Shown: positions 36,582 through 45,649 of the stretch, one piece after another
How positions within the stretch are numbered: position 1 is the first letter of the stretch
How the letters are laid out: each line of letters starts with the position of its first letter
DNA from: Bacteroidales bacterium
GTDB lineage: Bacteria > Bacteroidota > Bacteroidia > Bacteroidales > JAADJA01
NCBI GenBank assembly: GCA_047920975.1
Contig: JBLRXC010000001.1
Span: 12,220-76,219 of the forward strand
Direction of reading: 5' to 3'
DNA length: 64,000 nucleotides
Notes under the pieces: generated by a model
Told to the model about the DNA's origin: nothing
Database searches by the model: none
The model's input: only the letters and a program-made list of their open reading frames with translations
Translations under genes and position numbers: made by a program

Positions 36582-37829
36582 TCACACGATCATTCCATTT
36601 AAAATGGTTGTCTCCACTTTGTTTGATCCGTAATAGTAGGGCATGAATTCGATGGTAGGGATTTCTTTTGTGATAAAGAGATTGGCTTTTTTCCCAATGG
36701 CAATTGAGCCGAGTTCTTCGCTCAATCCCATGGCGTAAGCACTGTTTATCGTGCAGGCGTTTACAGCTTCTTCGGGTATGAGCCGGTAGAGAATACAGGC
36801 CATAGACATGATCAGTTGCATGTTTCCTGATGGAGAGGATCCCGGATTGAAATCGCTGGCCATGGCTACCGGAAGCCCGGCATCAATCATACGGCGGGCA
36901 GGAGCAAGTGGCATGTTCAGAAAAAAGGCAGCACCCGGAAGGATGGTCGGCATGGTATCAGAATCAAGCAGTGCCTTTATCTCTTCATCTCCAGTATATT
37001 CCAGGTGGTCAACGGAAAGTGCGCCATATTTTACACCTGTCTGTATGCCGCCGGAATTGGCCAGCTCATTGGCGTGGATTTTCGGAATAAGCCCGTATTT
37101 CAATCCCGCCATCAATATCCGTTCGGTATCCTCTACCGTAAAAAATCCTTTGTCACAAAACACATCAATATAATCAGCCAGTCCTTCACCGGCAACCATC
37201 GGGATCATTTCATTGATCACTAAGTCAACATATTCCTCTTGTTTGCCTTTGAATTCAGCAGGGATGGCATGTGCTCCTAAAAAAGTGGAACAAATAGTAA
37301 GTGGAGATTTCTCTTTCAATTTTCGAATAGCATAGAGCATCCTGAGTTCCTGCTCAGTGTTAAGACCATATCCGCTTTTTATTTCAACCGCCCCGGTTCC
37401 ATAGCTGATGATCTCATCAAGCCTTTCTGCAGCACTATCCACAAGTTGCGAAACGCTGACCTCCTTCATCTTTCGGGCGGAATTGAGAATACCACCGCCG
37501 CGGCGGGCGATCTCTTCATAAGAAAGGCCCCTGATCTTGTCAATATACTCAATCTCACGGCTGGCCGGGTAAACCAGGTGTGTATGGGAATCGCAGAATG
37601 CCGGGAACACCATTTTGCCGGTGGCATCTATGGTTACTTCCCGTGATCCCGGACTTAAAATATTTTCTTTCAATGCATCCATCCGGCCAAATTTTTCTAT
37701 CCGGCTATCTTTAATAAACAAGAAAGCATCATCAATGACAGGCAGATGGCTCATCTCTTTCCCGCATTTCTTTAATACGGTTTTTTCTTCTGCTACGAGC
37801 TTTTTAATGTTTGTGATCAGGATTGACAT
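36582..37829 (-). CDS. hutI: Imidazolonepropionase
   Basis: 415 aa amidohydrolase with FCDSHTHLVY, HANEL and ASDFNPGSSP. Confidence 0.85.
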   Translation of the reverse strand: MSILITNIKKLVAEEKTVLKKCGKEMSHLPVIDDAFLFIKDSRIEKFGRMDALKENILSPGSREVTIDATGKMVFPAFCDSHTHLVYPASREIEYIDKIRGLSYEEIARRGGGILNSARKMKEVSVSQLVDSAAERLDEIISYGTGAVEIKSGYGLNTEQELRMLYAIRKLKEKSPLTICSTFLGAHAIPAEFKGKQEEYVDLVINEMIPMVAGEGLADYIDVFCDKGFFTVEDTERILMAGLKYGLIPKIHANELANSGGIQTGVKYGALSVDHLEYTGDEEIKALLDSDTMPTILPGAAFFLNMPLAPARRMIDAGLPVAMASDFNPGSSPSGNMQLIMSMACILYRLIPEEAVNACTINSAYAMGLSEELGSIAIGKKANLFITKEIPTIEFMPYYYGSNKVETTILNGMIV

Positions 37830-38078
37830 GTTTGTTTTTTTGGCGAAATTAATGAATTCAGCAAATTAGAGTGAGTATAAATAAGATAAAGGACTTGTTG
37901 TAAAATATTAAAAATCAATCAATAATAGTTTTTTCTGGCTTAATTTGCAAGCACTGCAAAAATTGTGTTTGAGGTTGAATGGATTAAATTTCTAAATTAG
38001 CCCCACATTTGATAACTTTTTACCGGCGTCATGAGATTTTTGAAAAAGTTGAAATAATTCATTAATTCTTAATTACTT

Positions 38079-39098
38079 ATGGAAAATATTGAATGGGGGA
38101 AATTACCATTTGGTTACTACAAAACCGATTATAATGTAAGGTGTTATTACCGGAATGGTCAGTGGGGGGCGGTTGAAACATCCACATCCGAATACGTTGA
38201 TATCCATATTGCGGCAACTTGTCTGCATTACGGGCAGGAGTGCTTTGAGGGTATGAAGGTATTCAGGGGTAAAGATGGAAAGATCAGGTTGTTTCGCTGG
38301 GAAGAGAATGCCAAACGTATGCAACGCTCCTGTGAAGGGATTATGATGGCTGAACCACCGCTGGAATTATTTAAAGAGATGGTACTAAAGGTAATCAAAC
38401 TCAATGAACGGTTTATCCCACCACCCGGACTTGGGGCGGCACTTTATCTCAGGCCGCTGACCATTGGAACAGGGCCACAAGTGGGGGTTAAGCCGGCCGA
38501 AGAGTACCTTTTTATGATCTTTGCCGGACCTGTTGGTCCCTATTTTAAAGAAGGATTCAACCCGGTGGATGTACAGATCGTTCGCGATTACGACCGCACA
38601 GCACCTCATGGTACCGGCCATATCAAAGTTGGCGGTAATTATGCAGCCAGCCTTAAACCCGCTGCCAGGGCGAAGAAAGAAGGATTCTCTACCGTCCTTT
38701 TTGTGGATGCCAAAGAAAACAGGTACATCGACGAAGCCGGACCCGCTAATTTCTTCGGTATCAGAGGAAAAAATTATATCACACCCGATTCTAAAACCAT
38801 TCTTCCCTCCATCACCAATATGAGCCTGCGCGCACTTGCCGCTGACCTGGGAATGGTTGTTGAGCACCGGCCAGTGCTGGTTGAGGAACTGGAAACTTTC
38901 GACGAAGTAGGTGCCTGTGGCACTGCCGCTGTTATCTCTCCCATCAAAAGGATCGTCGACAGGCAAACCGGGAAAGAATATACCTATTGTTGCGAGGGGA
39001 AAGCCGGACCTATCTCAACGAAACTTTACCATACCCTGAAAGGAATCCAGGAAGGTGAGCTTGAAGACAAGTACGGCTGGACTACAATTGTGGAATAA
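38079..39098 (+). CDS. ilvE: Branched-chain amino acid aminotransferase (fold type IV)
   Basis: 339 aa. YGQECFEGMKVFRGKDG, YLRPL, GHIKVGGNYAASL, GACGTAAVISP. Confidence 0.85.
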   Translation: MENIEWGKLPFGYYKTDYNVRCYYRNGQWGAVETSTSEYVDIHIAATCLHYGQECFEGMKVFRGKDGKIRLFRWEENAKRMQRSCEGIMMAEPPLELFKEMVLKVIKLNERFIPPPGLGAALYLRPLTIGTGPQVGVKPAEEYLFMIFAGPVGPYFKEGFNPVDVQIVRDYDRTAPHGTGHIKVGGNYAASLKPAARAKKEGFSTVLFVDAKENRYIDEAGPANFFGIRGKNYITPDSKTILPSITNMSLRALAADLGMVVEHRPVLVEELETFDEVGACGTAAVISPIKRIVDRQTGKEYTYCCEGKAGPISTKLYHTLKGIQEGELEDKYGWTTIVE

Positions 39099-39140
39099 AG
39101 TTTTTGTCGGGAAATGCATCTGACAACGGCTAAAATTTGA

Positions 39141-39917
39141 TCATGCATATGCTCTTGCGCAAAAACTCCTGATGAATTCGAGGGTTTTATTGTGTGCTTC
39201 TACAAACCCCATATGACCGGTGTGGTCAATGATAAGGGCCTCGGTATGCGCAGCCAGCGCTAATTGAGGCATGATGATCTCAGCCGGTATCCGTTTATCC
39301 CTCTTACCGACAATAAATAAAACAGGTATTTCCATGTTTTTAAGTATCTGGATATGATCCCTTCTGTCTTTCATGCCTTTCAGTGATGCGGTAATTCCTT
39401 CTTTTGGTGTGCCGGCCGCGATTTGTTTGAGCCGCCTGATCTCATCAGGGTATATGGAAATATTTTCCGGAGCAAATAGGTCGGGGATGAATTGTTGGAT
39501 AAAACCTGCCTTGTCTTGCTCAACAATTTGTATGGTCCGGGTGCGGTTCATCTTTGCCTCTTCATTGTCATCCGCTGCCTGTGAATGGAACAAACCCAAT
39601 CCTTTCAGAAACCCGGGATAAAGGCTTGCAAAGGCGAGAGCAACATATCCTCCCATTGAATGGCCGATCATAACGGCGTTCTGAATTTTGAGGGTATCAA
39701 GAACATCTTTCACGGTTCCGGCCATAAAATCCATGGAGTGGACTTCGGAAAAACAACCAGTATTGCCATGGCCGGGCAGATCGATGCAGATCACCCTGAA
39801 GTTCATTGACAGTGAGTCAGCAAACTTGTTCCATATCTCGAGAGACCCCAGAAATCCATGCAATAAAACAACCGGATTGCCGGAGCCTGTATCGCGATAA
39901 TTGACCTTATGATTCAT
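39141..39917 (-). CDS. Alpha/beta hydrolase
   Basis: 258 aa. VVLLHGF, nucleophile elbow GHSMGG, C-terminal His (HTGHM). Confidence 0.8.
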   Translation of the reverse strand: MNHKVNYRDTGSGNPVVLLHGFLGSLEIWNKFADSLSMNFRVICIDLPGHGNTGCFSEVHSMDFMAGTVKDVLDTLKIQNAVMIGHSMGGYVALAFASLYPGFLKGLGLFHSQAADDNEEAKMNRTRTIQIVEQDKAGFIQQFIPDLFAPENISIYPDEIRRLKQIAAGTPKEGITASLKGMKDRRDHIQILKNMEIPVLFIVGKRDKRIPAEIIMPQLALAAHTEALIIDHTGHMGFVEAHNKTLEFIRSFCARAYA

Positions 39918-40048
39918 ATCATCAATTTTGAAAGGCTTTAAATATAGTAGCTTTTCATAAGTTTATCCCTGCAGGTTTTTGTATTTAAACCCTTTAGTGC
40001 ATTGGTTGCAAGGTATAATTATTTTTCTTGCACAGGAAATTTATTTAT

Positions 40049-40056
40049 TAACTTTG
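40049..40056 (+). promoter_or_regulatory. -7 promoter box TAACTTTG for tRNA-His
   Basis: TAnnTTTG match ending 13 nt before the tRNA 5' end. Confidence 0.4.
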
Positions 40057-40069
40057 CCCCTTGGTTTAT

Positions 40070-40144
40070 GGTGGTTGTAGCTCAGTTGGTTAGAGCGTCA
40101 GATTGTGGCTCTGAAGGTCGTGGGTTCGAATCCCATCTTCCACC
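40070..40144 (+). tRNA. tRNA-His (anticodon GTG) with an encoded G-1; no encoded CCA
   Basis: Manual cloverleaf. G-1 (40070) opposes C73 (40144). D stem gctc/gagc. Anticodon stem tcaga/tctga with loop ttGTGgc. T arm gtggg-ttcgaat-cccat. The acceptor stem gtggttg/cttccac has two adjacent U-U mismatches. Confidence 0.8.
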
Positions 40145-40154
40145 CGAAGCATGA

Positions 40155-40191
40155 TTGGAAACTGGCAACTGACCGGTTTCCAATTTTTTTT
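40155..40191 (+). terminator. Rho-independent terminator after tRNA-His
   Basis: 8-bp stem ttggaaac/gtttccaa with a 13-nt loop, then a T8 run at 40184..40191. It overlaps the stop codon of the convergent 1413-aa gene. Confidence 0.7.
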
Positions 40192-43100
40192 AAATCCATT
40201 TCAGCAACGGAAAATCCTGCCGGTGGGGAAGATCTTCATGCACCGGATAAATTCTGAAGGCAAAGTCGAACACTCCGGCTTCAACCAGGTTTATGGAGCA
40301 TCCGAATGTAGCTTTTGAACCATTGGCCCTCAATAATTCCAGGTCATAGTGCTTGTAAATTTCTGTCACCTGATCCATGACCTTCTGCCCGAAAATTATC
40401 TCAATTCCGAGATATTCGGGATCAATACCATTGGTGCCAACCACAAGTTCCACCTCAAAATGTTCTCCGAGGTCAAGCGGTCTTGTATTTGAATCAGGCA
40501 ATCTGACGGAAATAATCTCAATACCATTCCACCTTTCGAGAATTCCCTTTTTCCAGGCCTCCATTTCAAAGGCAAGTTTCAGGTTTTCATTGCGAACTTT
40601 TTTTATTCTTTCAAAGAGTTTGTTGTAGAACTTTTCATAATAGTCCTCCAGCATCCGCTTCATCGTGAAATGCGGAATAATTCCTGTGATATTTTGTTTG
40701 AGGTATCCGATCCACTTGTGGGGAACCTCCTGTTTATCCCGTTCGAAATAGAGTGGCAAAATCTCATCGCTGATCATCCGGTAAATGATTTTGGCATCAA
40801 GTTCATCCTGAAAGGTCTGATTGGCATATGTTTTAGCTTCCTGGATGGCCCATCCGGCCCTGGGAACGTATCCTTCAGCCCACCATCCGTCGAGGACGCT
40901 CAGGTTGAGCACACTGTTCATCGCTGCCTTTTCACCGCTGGTGCCTGATGCTTCCATTGGTCTGGCTGGAGTGTTCAGCCATACATCAACACCTGAAACT
41001 AGATAGCGAGCAACGTGCATGTCGTAATTTTCAAGGAAGAATATCTTCCCGATGAAAGCAGGCATCTTGGAAATTTCGATGATCCGCTTAATCATATCCT
41101 GGCCAGGCTTGTCATTTGGATGAGCTTTCCCTGCAAACACAAACCGGAGCGGATGATCATCACGATTGACAAGCTCTTCCAGGGTTTCCAGGTTTGTGAA
41201 CAGCAGATGTGCTCTTTTATAAGTGGCAAACCGTCGTGCAAAACCAAAATAGAGCGGCTTTTCGCTGATGCCGTCCAGTGTTTTGGCAATGATCCCGGGC
41301 GATTCCTGCCTGTTGGTCAGGTCAGTTTCCATTTTTTGCCTCAGATAATTTACGAAGTCACTTTTAGCCCGGAGCCGTTGCTCCCAGATCTCTTCATTGG
41401 AAACTTCCGCCATTTGCATCCATAGCCTGGCATCAGTCTGATTGTCCATGATTTCATGACCCAGTTTGGATAGGTGGAATTTTTGCCAGTGGATGGTAGT
41501 CCAGGTCGGGTAATGTACGCCGTTGGTAACATGGCCGATATGCAGTTCTTCAGGATAATAGCCGGGATAAAGTCCGGCAAACATCTCCCGGGAGACCCTG
41601 CCATGAATTTTACTAACGGCATTCATTTCCTGTGAGAGGTTGGCAGCCAGCACACTCATGGAGAACTTTTCATCAGGTACATTTTTTCTGTATCTGCCAA
41701 GATTCATAAATTCATCCCACGACATATTCAGACGGTCGGCATAGTGTGGGATATAGGTCCTTAGTGTGTCTTCTGAAAATGTATCATGTCCTGCAGGAAC
41801 CGGTGTATGGGTGGTGAAAAGGGATGACGCCCTCACAACTTCAATGGCTGCCTGTACACCAATACCCCGGGATTCGACAAGATGCCTGAGTCTCTCCAAT
41901 CCGGCAAAAGCAGCGTGACCTTCATTGAGGTGATAAATATCTGGTTTTTTATGGATAGCCCTGAGAAGCCTCACGCCTCCCACACCCAGCAAAAGCTCCT
42001 GTTTAAACCGGTTATGCCAGTCACCTCCGTAGAGATGATGGGTTATTGCCTTGTCCTCGCTTGTGTTGCCTTCAATATCGGTGTCGAGCAGATACAGGTC
42101 AATTCGTCCGACACAGACTTTCCATGCTTTTGCCACCAGGGTCCGGCCTGGAAGTGCAAGCATCACATGGATCCACTCGCCTTTTTCATCCCTTACCGGG
42201 ATCAGTGGCAGGTCGGTATATTTGTGAGGCCTGCTTTCGGCGATCTGATCACCTGAAATCGAAATACCCTGTGTAAAATAGCCATAACGATAAAGCAGGC
42301 CGACACCTGCAATGTTTTTATTGGAATCACTGGCCTGTTTCAAAAAATCGCCGGCCAGGACACCAAGTCCTCCTGAATAGATCTTTAGTGATTCGTGTAA
42401 CCCGAATTCCATACTGAAGTACCCGACTTTTTGATCGGACATGTGCGCCTTTTCAGCCATATAAGCTTTGAATTCAGCATGGATGGATGTCAACACGTTC
42501 ATAAATTGACCATCCCGCTTCAATTTGTTCAACCTGTCATAGGAGAGCCTGTTCAGAACAGCAACAGGATTATGGTCTGTTTCAGCCCACAATTTTTCAT
42601 CCATGGAAGCAAACAGGTCAGCTGCCTCATGATGCCATGTCCACCAAAGGTTCATGGAGAGTATTCTCAAAGGCTCAAGCTCAGGGGGTAATGTGCTCGC
42701 AACAAATATTTTTTTCCATTCGGGCTTGTCATAAACTCCGTTACCATGAATAGGATACTCCCGGGAGGCCCGTCGTTTAAACCCTGCAGAACGGCTGTCA
42801 AGTTTACTCAGAGCAACCGTGTAAAGTTCCATATACTTAGATGAAAGATGCTTCCATTCAAGCTTTTCTGCGATCACCAGACTTTCTTCCCGCGATTTTT
42901 CCAGGTCAATTGCAGAGCAGTTTGTAAAATATCCGAACCGGTTAAAAATCTCATCAACGAAGGTTTCGAAATTGTCCTCTGTCCGCTCTATGACCGATAC
43001 CGAGTGATGGGGCATTTGGTAGAAGGATTTTACCCACGCTCCGAATCCTGCAAGTGTGGTTGTGAGGGTAGGTACACCAAAAGCAATGCTTTCAAGTGGT

Positions 43101-44431
43101 GTATATCCCCAGGGTTCATAAAATGAGGGAAAGGCCGACAGGTCGCATCCTTTCAGGAACTGATAATAATCAATGTTGAAAATTCCATCATGTCCATCGA
43201 GGTACACCGGAACAAACAGGATTTTTACCCTGCTGTCAGGACTGTTGGTTAGTTCATTTTGCTGAATCCTGCTGATGACAGAATCATCGTTGTAATCATA
43301 AAGTGAGTGGGTAAGGTATTCGCCGGTCAACGGGTATTGAAAATCCGGTTCTTCAATCCTTTTCTTAACCTCTTTTTTTGGACCTGAATGGTTTGCCGGG
43401 ACTGCAATGATGGCCAGCACATGTCGTTTCGGGCTGTTCTCACGGTTCAGTCTGCCAAGGGCATCAATGAAGGCATCCAAGCCTTTGTTTCTGAACTCAT
43501 ATCGTCCACTGGTGATGATAATCAGGGTATCATCAGGCAGCTTCTGGTTGAACACCCCGCTGGCTACCTGCAGTATTTTTTCCCGGTTCTTCTCACGTTC
43601 CTTTTTGAGGGATACGTCATTCATTTCAACCGAAGCTGAAAACCCGTTGGGTGTGACCACATCAGGTTGTCTGTCCAGGAAATGAGCACATTCCGCGGCT
43701 GTGATCTCGCTTACGGTTGAGAAACTATCTGCCTCGCAGGCTGAATTGCGTTCAAGGGAATGTTTTGAGATGATACCAAGTCTCCTGGCTGTGTCAACCG
43801 GATCGATATGCTCCAGGCCGGAATACAGGGTAAGGTTATTCCCCGCCATACTTCTGCCGAGAGAGGTCGCATGCGTTGTAAATACGGTACCAATATGGGG
43901 TGCAAATTCTTTGAGGTAAAGAATTCCTGCCCCGGTCATCCATTCATGAAAATGGCCAATCAGTTTTTCACCGGAAGTCAGGTAAAAGTTTGTAAAACTC
44001 TCGATCACTTTACCGGCCGCATACCCGAAAAGTGCAGGTTCAATGTAATCCCATCCCCCTGAAAGTGAGTCGAGCTTGTAGGTTTCCCAGAATCCTGATA
44101 AAATCTTATCCTTGAGTGCAAAATAGGTCGTGAAATCCACCAGTACAGCCACTGGCTTGCCTGGAATGTTCCAGTGTCCGATCCTTACACGAAGGTCTTC
44201 CTTTTCAGTGTGTTCAACCCACTGACGGAAAATACTTTTGTCTTCTATGAAGTCGGGATTTTCCCGGGTCTCTTTCCAGACATCGGGTCCGATGAATATA
44301 TATTTGTTACCAAAATCACCCTTTACTGACGGGTATTTTGAAGAGAGAACGGTGTAAATGCCTCCGACTTTGTTGCAAACTTCCCAACTTACTTCAAACA
44401 AATAATCGGGGCCTGTTTTGTGTTCTGACAT
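40190..44431 (-). CDS. Fusion protein: N-terminal GT3 (eukaryote-type) glycogen synthase plus C-terminal alpha-glucan phosphorylase (DUF3417 + GT35)
   Basis: 1413 aa. N-terminal half: LFEVSWEVCNKVGGIYTVL, FHEWMTGAG, FPSFYEPWGYTPLES. From about residue 580: NLWWTWHHEA, YFSMEFGLHESLKIYSGGLGVLAGD, EASGTSGEKAAMN. It is one uninterrupted ORF. Confidence 0.85.
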   Translation of the reverse strand: MSEHKTGPDYLFEVSWEVCNKVGGIYTVLSSKYPSVKGDFGNKYIFIGPDVWKETRENPDFIEDKSIFRQWVEHTEKEDLRVRIGHWNIPGKPVAVLVDFTTYFALKDKILSGFWETYKLDSLSGGWDYIEPALFGYAAGKVIESFTNFYLTSGEKLIGHFHEWMTGAGILYLKEFAPHIGTVFTTHATSLGRSMAGNNLTLYSGLEHIDPVDTARRLGIISKHSLERNSACEADSFSTVSEITAAECAHFLDRQPDVVTPNGFSASVEMNDVSLKKEREKNREKILQVASGVFNQKLPDDTLIIITSGRYEFRNKGLDAFIDALGRLNRENSPKRHVLAIIAVPANHSGPKKEVKKRIEEPDFQYPLTGEYLTHSLYDYNDDSVISRIQQNELTNSPDSRVKILFVPVYLDGHDGIFNIDYYQFLKGCDLSAFPSFYEPWGYTPLESIAFGVPTLTTTLAGFGAWVKSFYQMPHHSVSVIERTEDNFETFVDEIFNRFGYFTNCSAIDLEKSREESLVIAEKLEWKHLSSKYMELYTVALSKLDSRSAGFKRRASREYPIHGNGVYDKPEWKKIFVASTLPPELEPLRILSMNLWWTWHHEAADLFASMDEKLWAETDHNPVAVLNRLSYDRLNKLKRDGQFMNVLTSIHAEFKAYMAEKAHMSDQKVGYFSMEFGLHESLKIYSGGLGVLAGDFLKQASDSNKNIAGVGLLYRYGYFTQGISISGDQIAESRPHKYTDLPLIPVRDEKGEWIHVMLALPGRTLVAKAWKVCVGRIDLYLLDTDIEGNTSEDKAITHHLYGGDWHNRFKQELLLGVGGVRLLRAIHKKPDIYHLNEGHAAFAGLERLRHLVESRGIGVQAAIEVVRASSLFTTHTPVPAGHDTFSEDTLRTYIPHYADRLNMSWDEFMNLGRYRKNVPDEKFSMSVLAANLSQEMNAVSKIHGRVSREMFAGLYPGYYPEELHIGHVTNGVHYPTWTTIHWQKFHLSKLGHEIMDNQTDARLWMQMAEVSNEEIWEQRLRAKSDFVNYLRQKMETDLTNRQESPGIIAKTLDGISEKPLYFGFARRFATYKRAHLLFTNLETLEELVNRDDHPLRFVFAGKAHPNDKPGQDMIKRIIEISKMPAFIGKIFFLENYDMHVARYLVSGVDVWLNTPARPMEASGTSGEKAAMNSVLNLSVLDGWWAEGYVPRAGWAIQEAKTYANQTFQDELDAKIIYRMISDEILPLYFERDKQEVPHKWIGYLKQNITGIIPHFTMKRMLEDYYEKFYNKLFERIKKVRNENLKLAFEMEAWKKGILERWNGIEIISVRLPDSNTRPLDLGEHFEVELVVGTNGIDPEYLGIEIIFGQKVMDQVTEIYKHYDLELLRANGSKATFGCSINLVEAGVFDFAFRIYPVHEDLPHRQDFPLLKWI

Positions 44432-44483
44432 AGTGCTCTGATAACTTAAACCAAATAATTACATTACTACAGATTTCAACCGG

Positions 44484-44491
44484 CAAAGTTA
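44484..44491 (-). promoter_or_regulatory. -7 promoter box TAACTTTG (minus strand) for the synthase-phosphorylase gene
   Basis: The + strand reads caaagtta, 52 nt upstream of the start at 44431. Confidence 0.3.
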
Positions 44492-44664
44492 TTTTTTTGT
44501 AACGTTTTTCAATGAGATAATTGTTACTTACTTTTTCACAACCTTATGCAGCAAGTTAAAATTAACGCTTAAGGAACAGTAAACCAGTTTTTTGAGTCAC
44601 TTTTCAAGTTCTTTATGCAGGAATGTACAATTTTTTTCTACGGAAATAATTGTTGATCATTTGA

Positions 44665-44680
44665 AATTCATTTCGTTATT
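44665..44680. promoter_or_regulatory. Candidate ArsR operator, copy 1 (AATTCATTTCGTTATT)
   Basis: A 16-nt sequence identical to 45609..45624, 33 nt upstream of the arsR ATG. Confidence 0.4.
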
Positions 44681-44713
44681 TTGCAAAATAAAAAAATAAT
44701 AGATCGATTTTTA

Positions 44714-45037
44714 ATGGCAAAGAAAGTAGCATTTGAACCGGATGTCCTTGAACTGGCCAGGTACGCCAAGGCACTAAGCCACCCTGTAAGGGTTTATATC
44801 CTGCGGAAACTCTCGAAAATGAATGCCTGTTGCTACAGTGGTGACCTCGTAGATGAACTGCCGATCGGGCGTTCGTCTCTGTCACAGCATTTAAAAGAAC
44901 TAAAACATGCCGGATTGATAAAAGGCGAAACCGAACCGCCCTTCATTAAATATTGTATCAACCGGGATAATTGGGAGGCTGCAAAAAATTTGCTGGCTGA
45001 TCTCATCGATGATGGTGAAACTGCTATTAAATGTTGA
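44714..45037 (+). CDS. arsR: ArsR/SmtB-family transcriptional repressor
   Basis: The ATG at 44714 gives MAKKVAFEPDVLELARYAKALSHPVRVYILRKL...NACCYSGDLVDELPIGRSSLSQHLKELKHAGLI, a wHTH with a vicinal Cys pair. Confidence 0.85.
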   Translation: MAKKVAFEPDVLELARYAKALSHPVRVYILRKLSKMNACCYSGDLVDELPIGRSSLSQHLKELKHAGLIKGETEPPFIKYCINRDNWEAAKNLLADLIDDGETAIKC

Positions 45038-45092
45038 GCATTAATATGTGTTAAAAAACAGATAATCAAATAATTATTAAAAAATTCCGGGT

Positions 45093-45488
45093 ATGAAAAG
45101 ATCAATTGTGTTTTTAATGGTATTTGCCCTCTTTACGGGTATTGAAAGCATTGCACAAAAAGCAGAGGTTTTGTACTTTAAAGCCAACCTTGCCTGTTGC
45201 CAGGCTCGTTCGTGCAATGCCCTTGAAACGGATGTGAAAGCGGCTGTTGAGAAAAGCTTCACAAATGGTGATGTTTCATTTAAAGTTCTGAAACTGGCTG
45301 ATGAAGCAAATAAAAAGCTGGTTGAAAAATACCATGCCAAGTCGCAAACTGTGGTTGTTGTTGCAACCAAAAGGAAAAAGGAAACCTCTGTTGATATTTC
45401 CGACATCATTCGTGATTATTCACGCAACCGGAACAAGGATCTCCTTGAGCAAAATCTTATTGCCAAAGTGAAAGAGTGTATGAAGTAG
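45093..45488 (+). CDS. Small secreted Cys-motif protein, possibly thioredoxin-fold; unknown role in the ars island
   Basis: 131 aa. Signal peptide, then AEVLYFKANLACCQARSCN...KSQTVVVVATK. I vaguely recall a family named ArsF-like for such proteins but cannot verify this. Confidence 0.5.
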   Translation: MKRSIVFLMVFALFTGIESIAQKAEVLYFKANLACCQARSCNALETDVKAAVEKSFTNGDVSFKVLKLADEANKKLVEKYHAKSQTVVVVATKRKKETSVDISDIIRDYSRNRNKDLLEQNLIAKVKECMK

Positions 45489-45608
45489 TCCGACAAGATT
45501 ATTTCTCATCAATCACAGGCGCGCTTCTTGCTTTCCGGGTACTGCACAATGATGAGGAGTACCTTTCTTCAAAATCAAGCAGGTTATGATGAGAATTTTT
45601 TTTGCATG

Positions 45609-45624
45609 AATTCATTTCGTTATT
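45609..45624. promoter_or_regulatory. Candidate ArsR operator, copy 2 (AATTCATTTCGTTATT)
   Basis: Identical 16-mer, 25 nt upstream of the permease ATG at 45650. Confidence 0.4.
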
Positions 45625-45649
45625 ACGTGAAATAGTAAATTAATTTTTT

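Noticed and set aside
39918-44680. tRNA-His as an integration site for the downstream ars island (genomic-island hypothesis)
   Set aside because: I saw no integrase or recombinase, no direct repeat of the tRNA 3' end downstream, and a large housekeeping-type glycogen gene lies between the tRNA and the ars genes.
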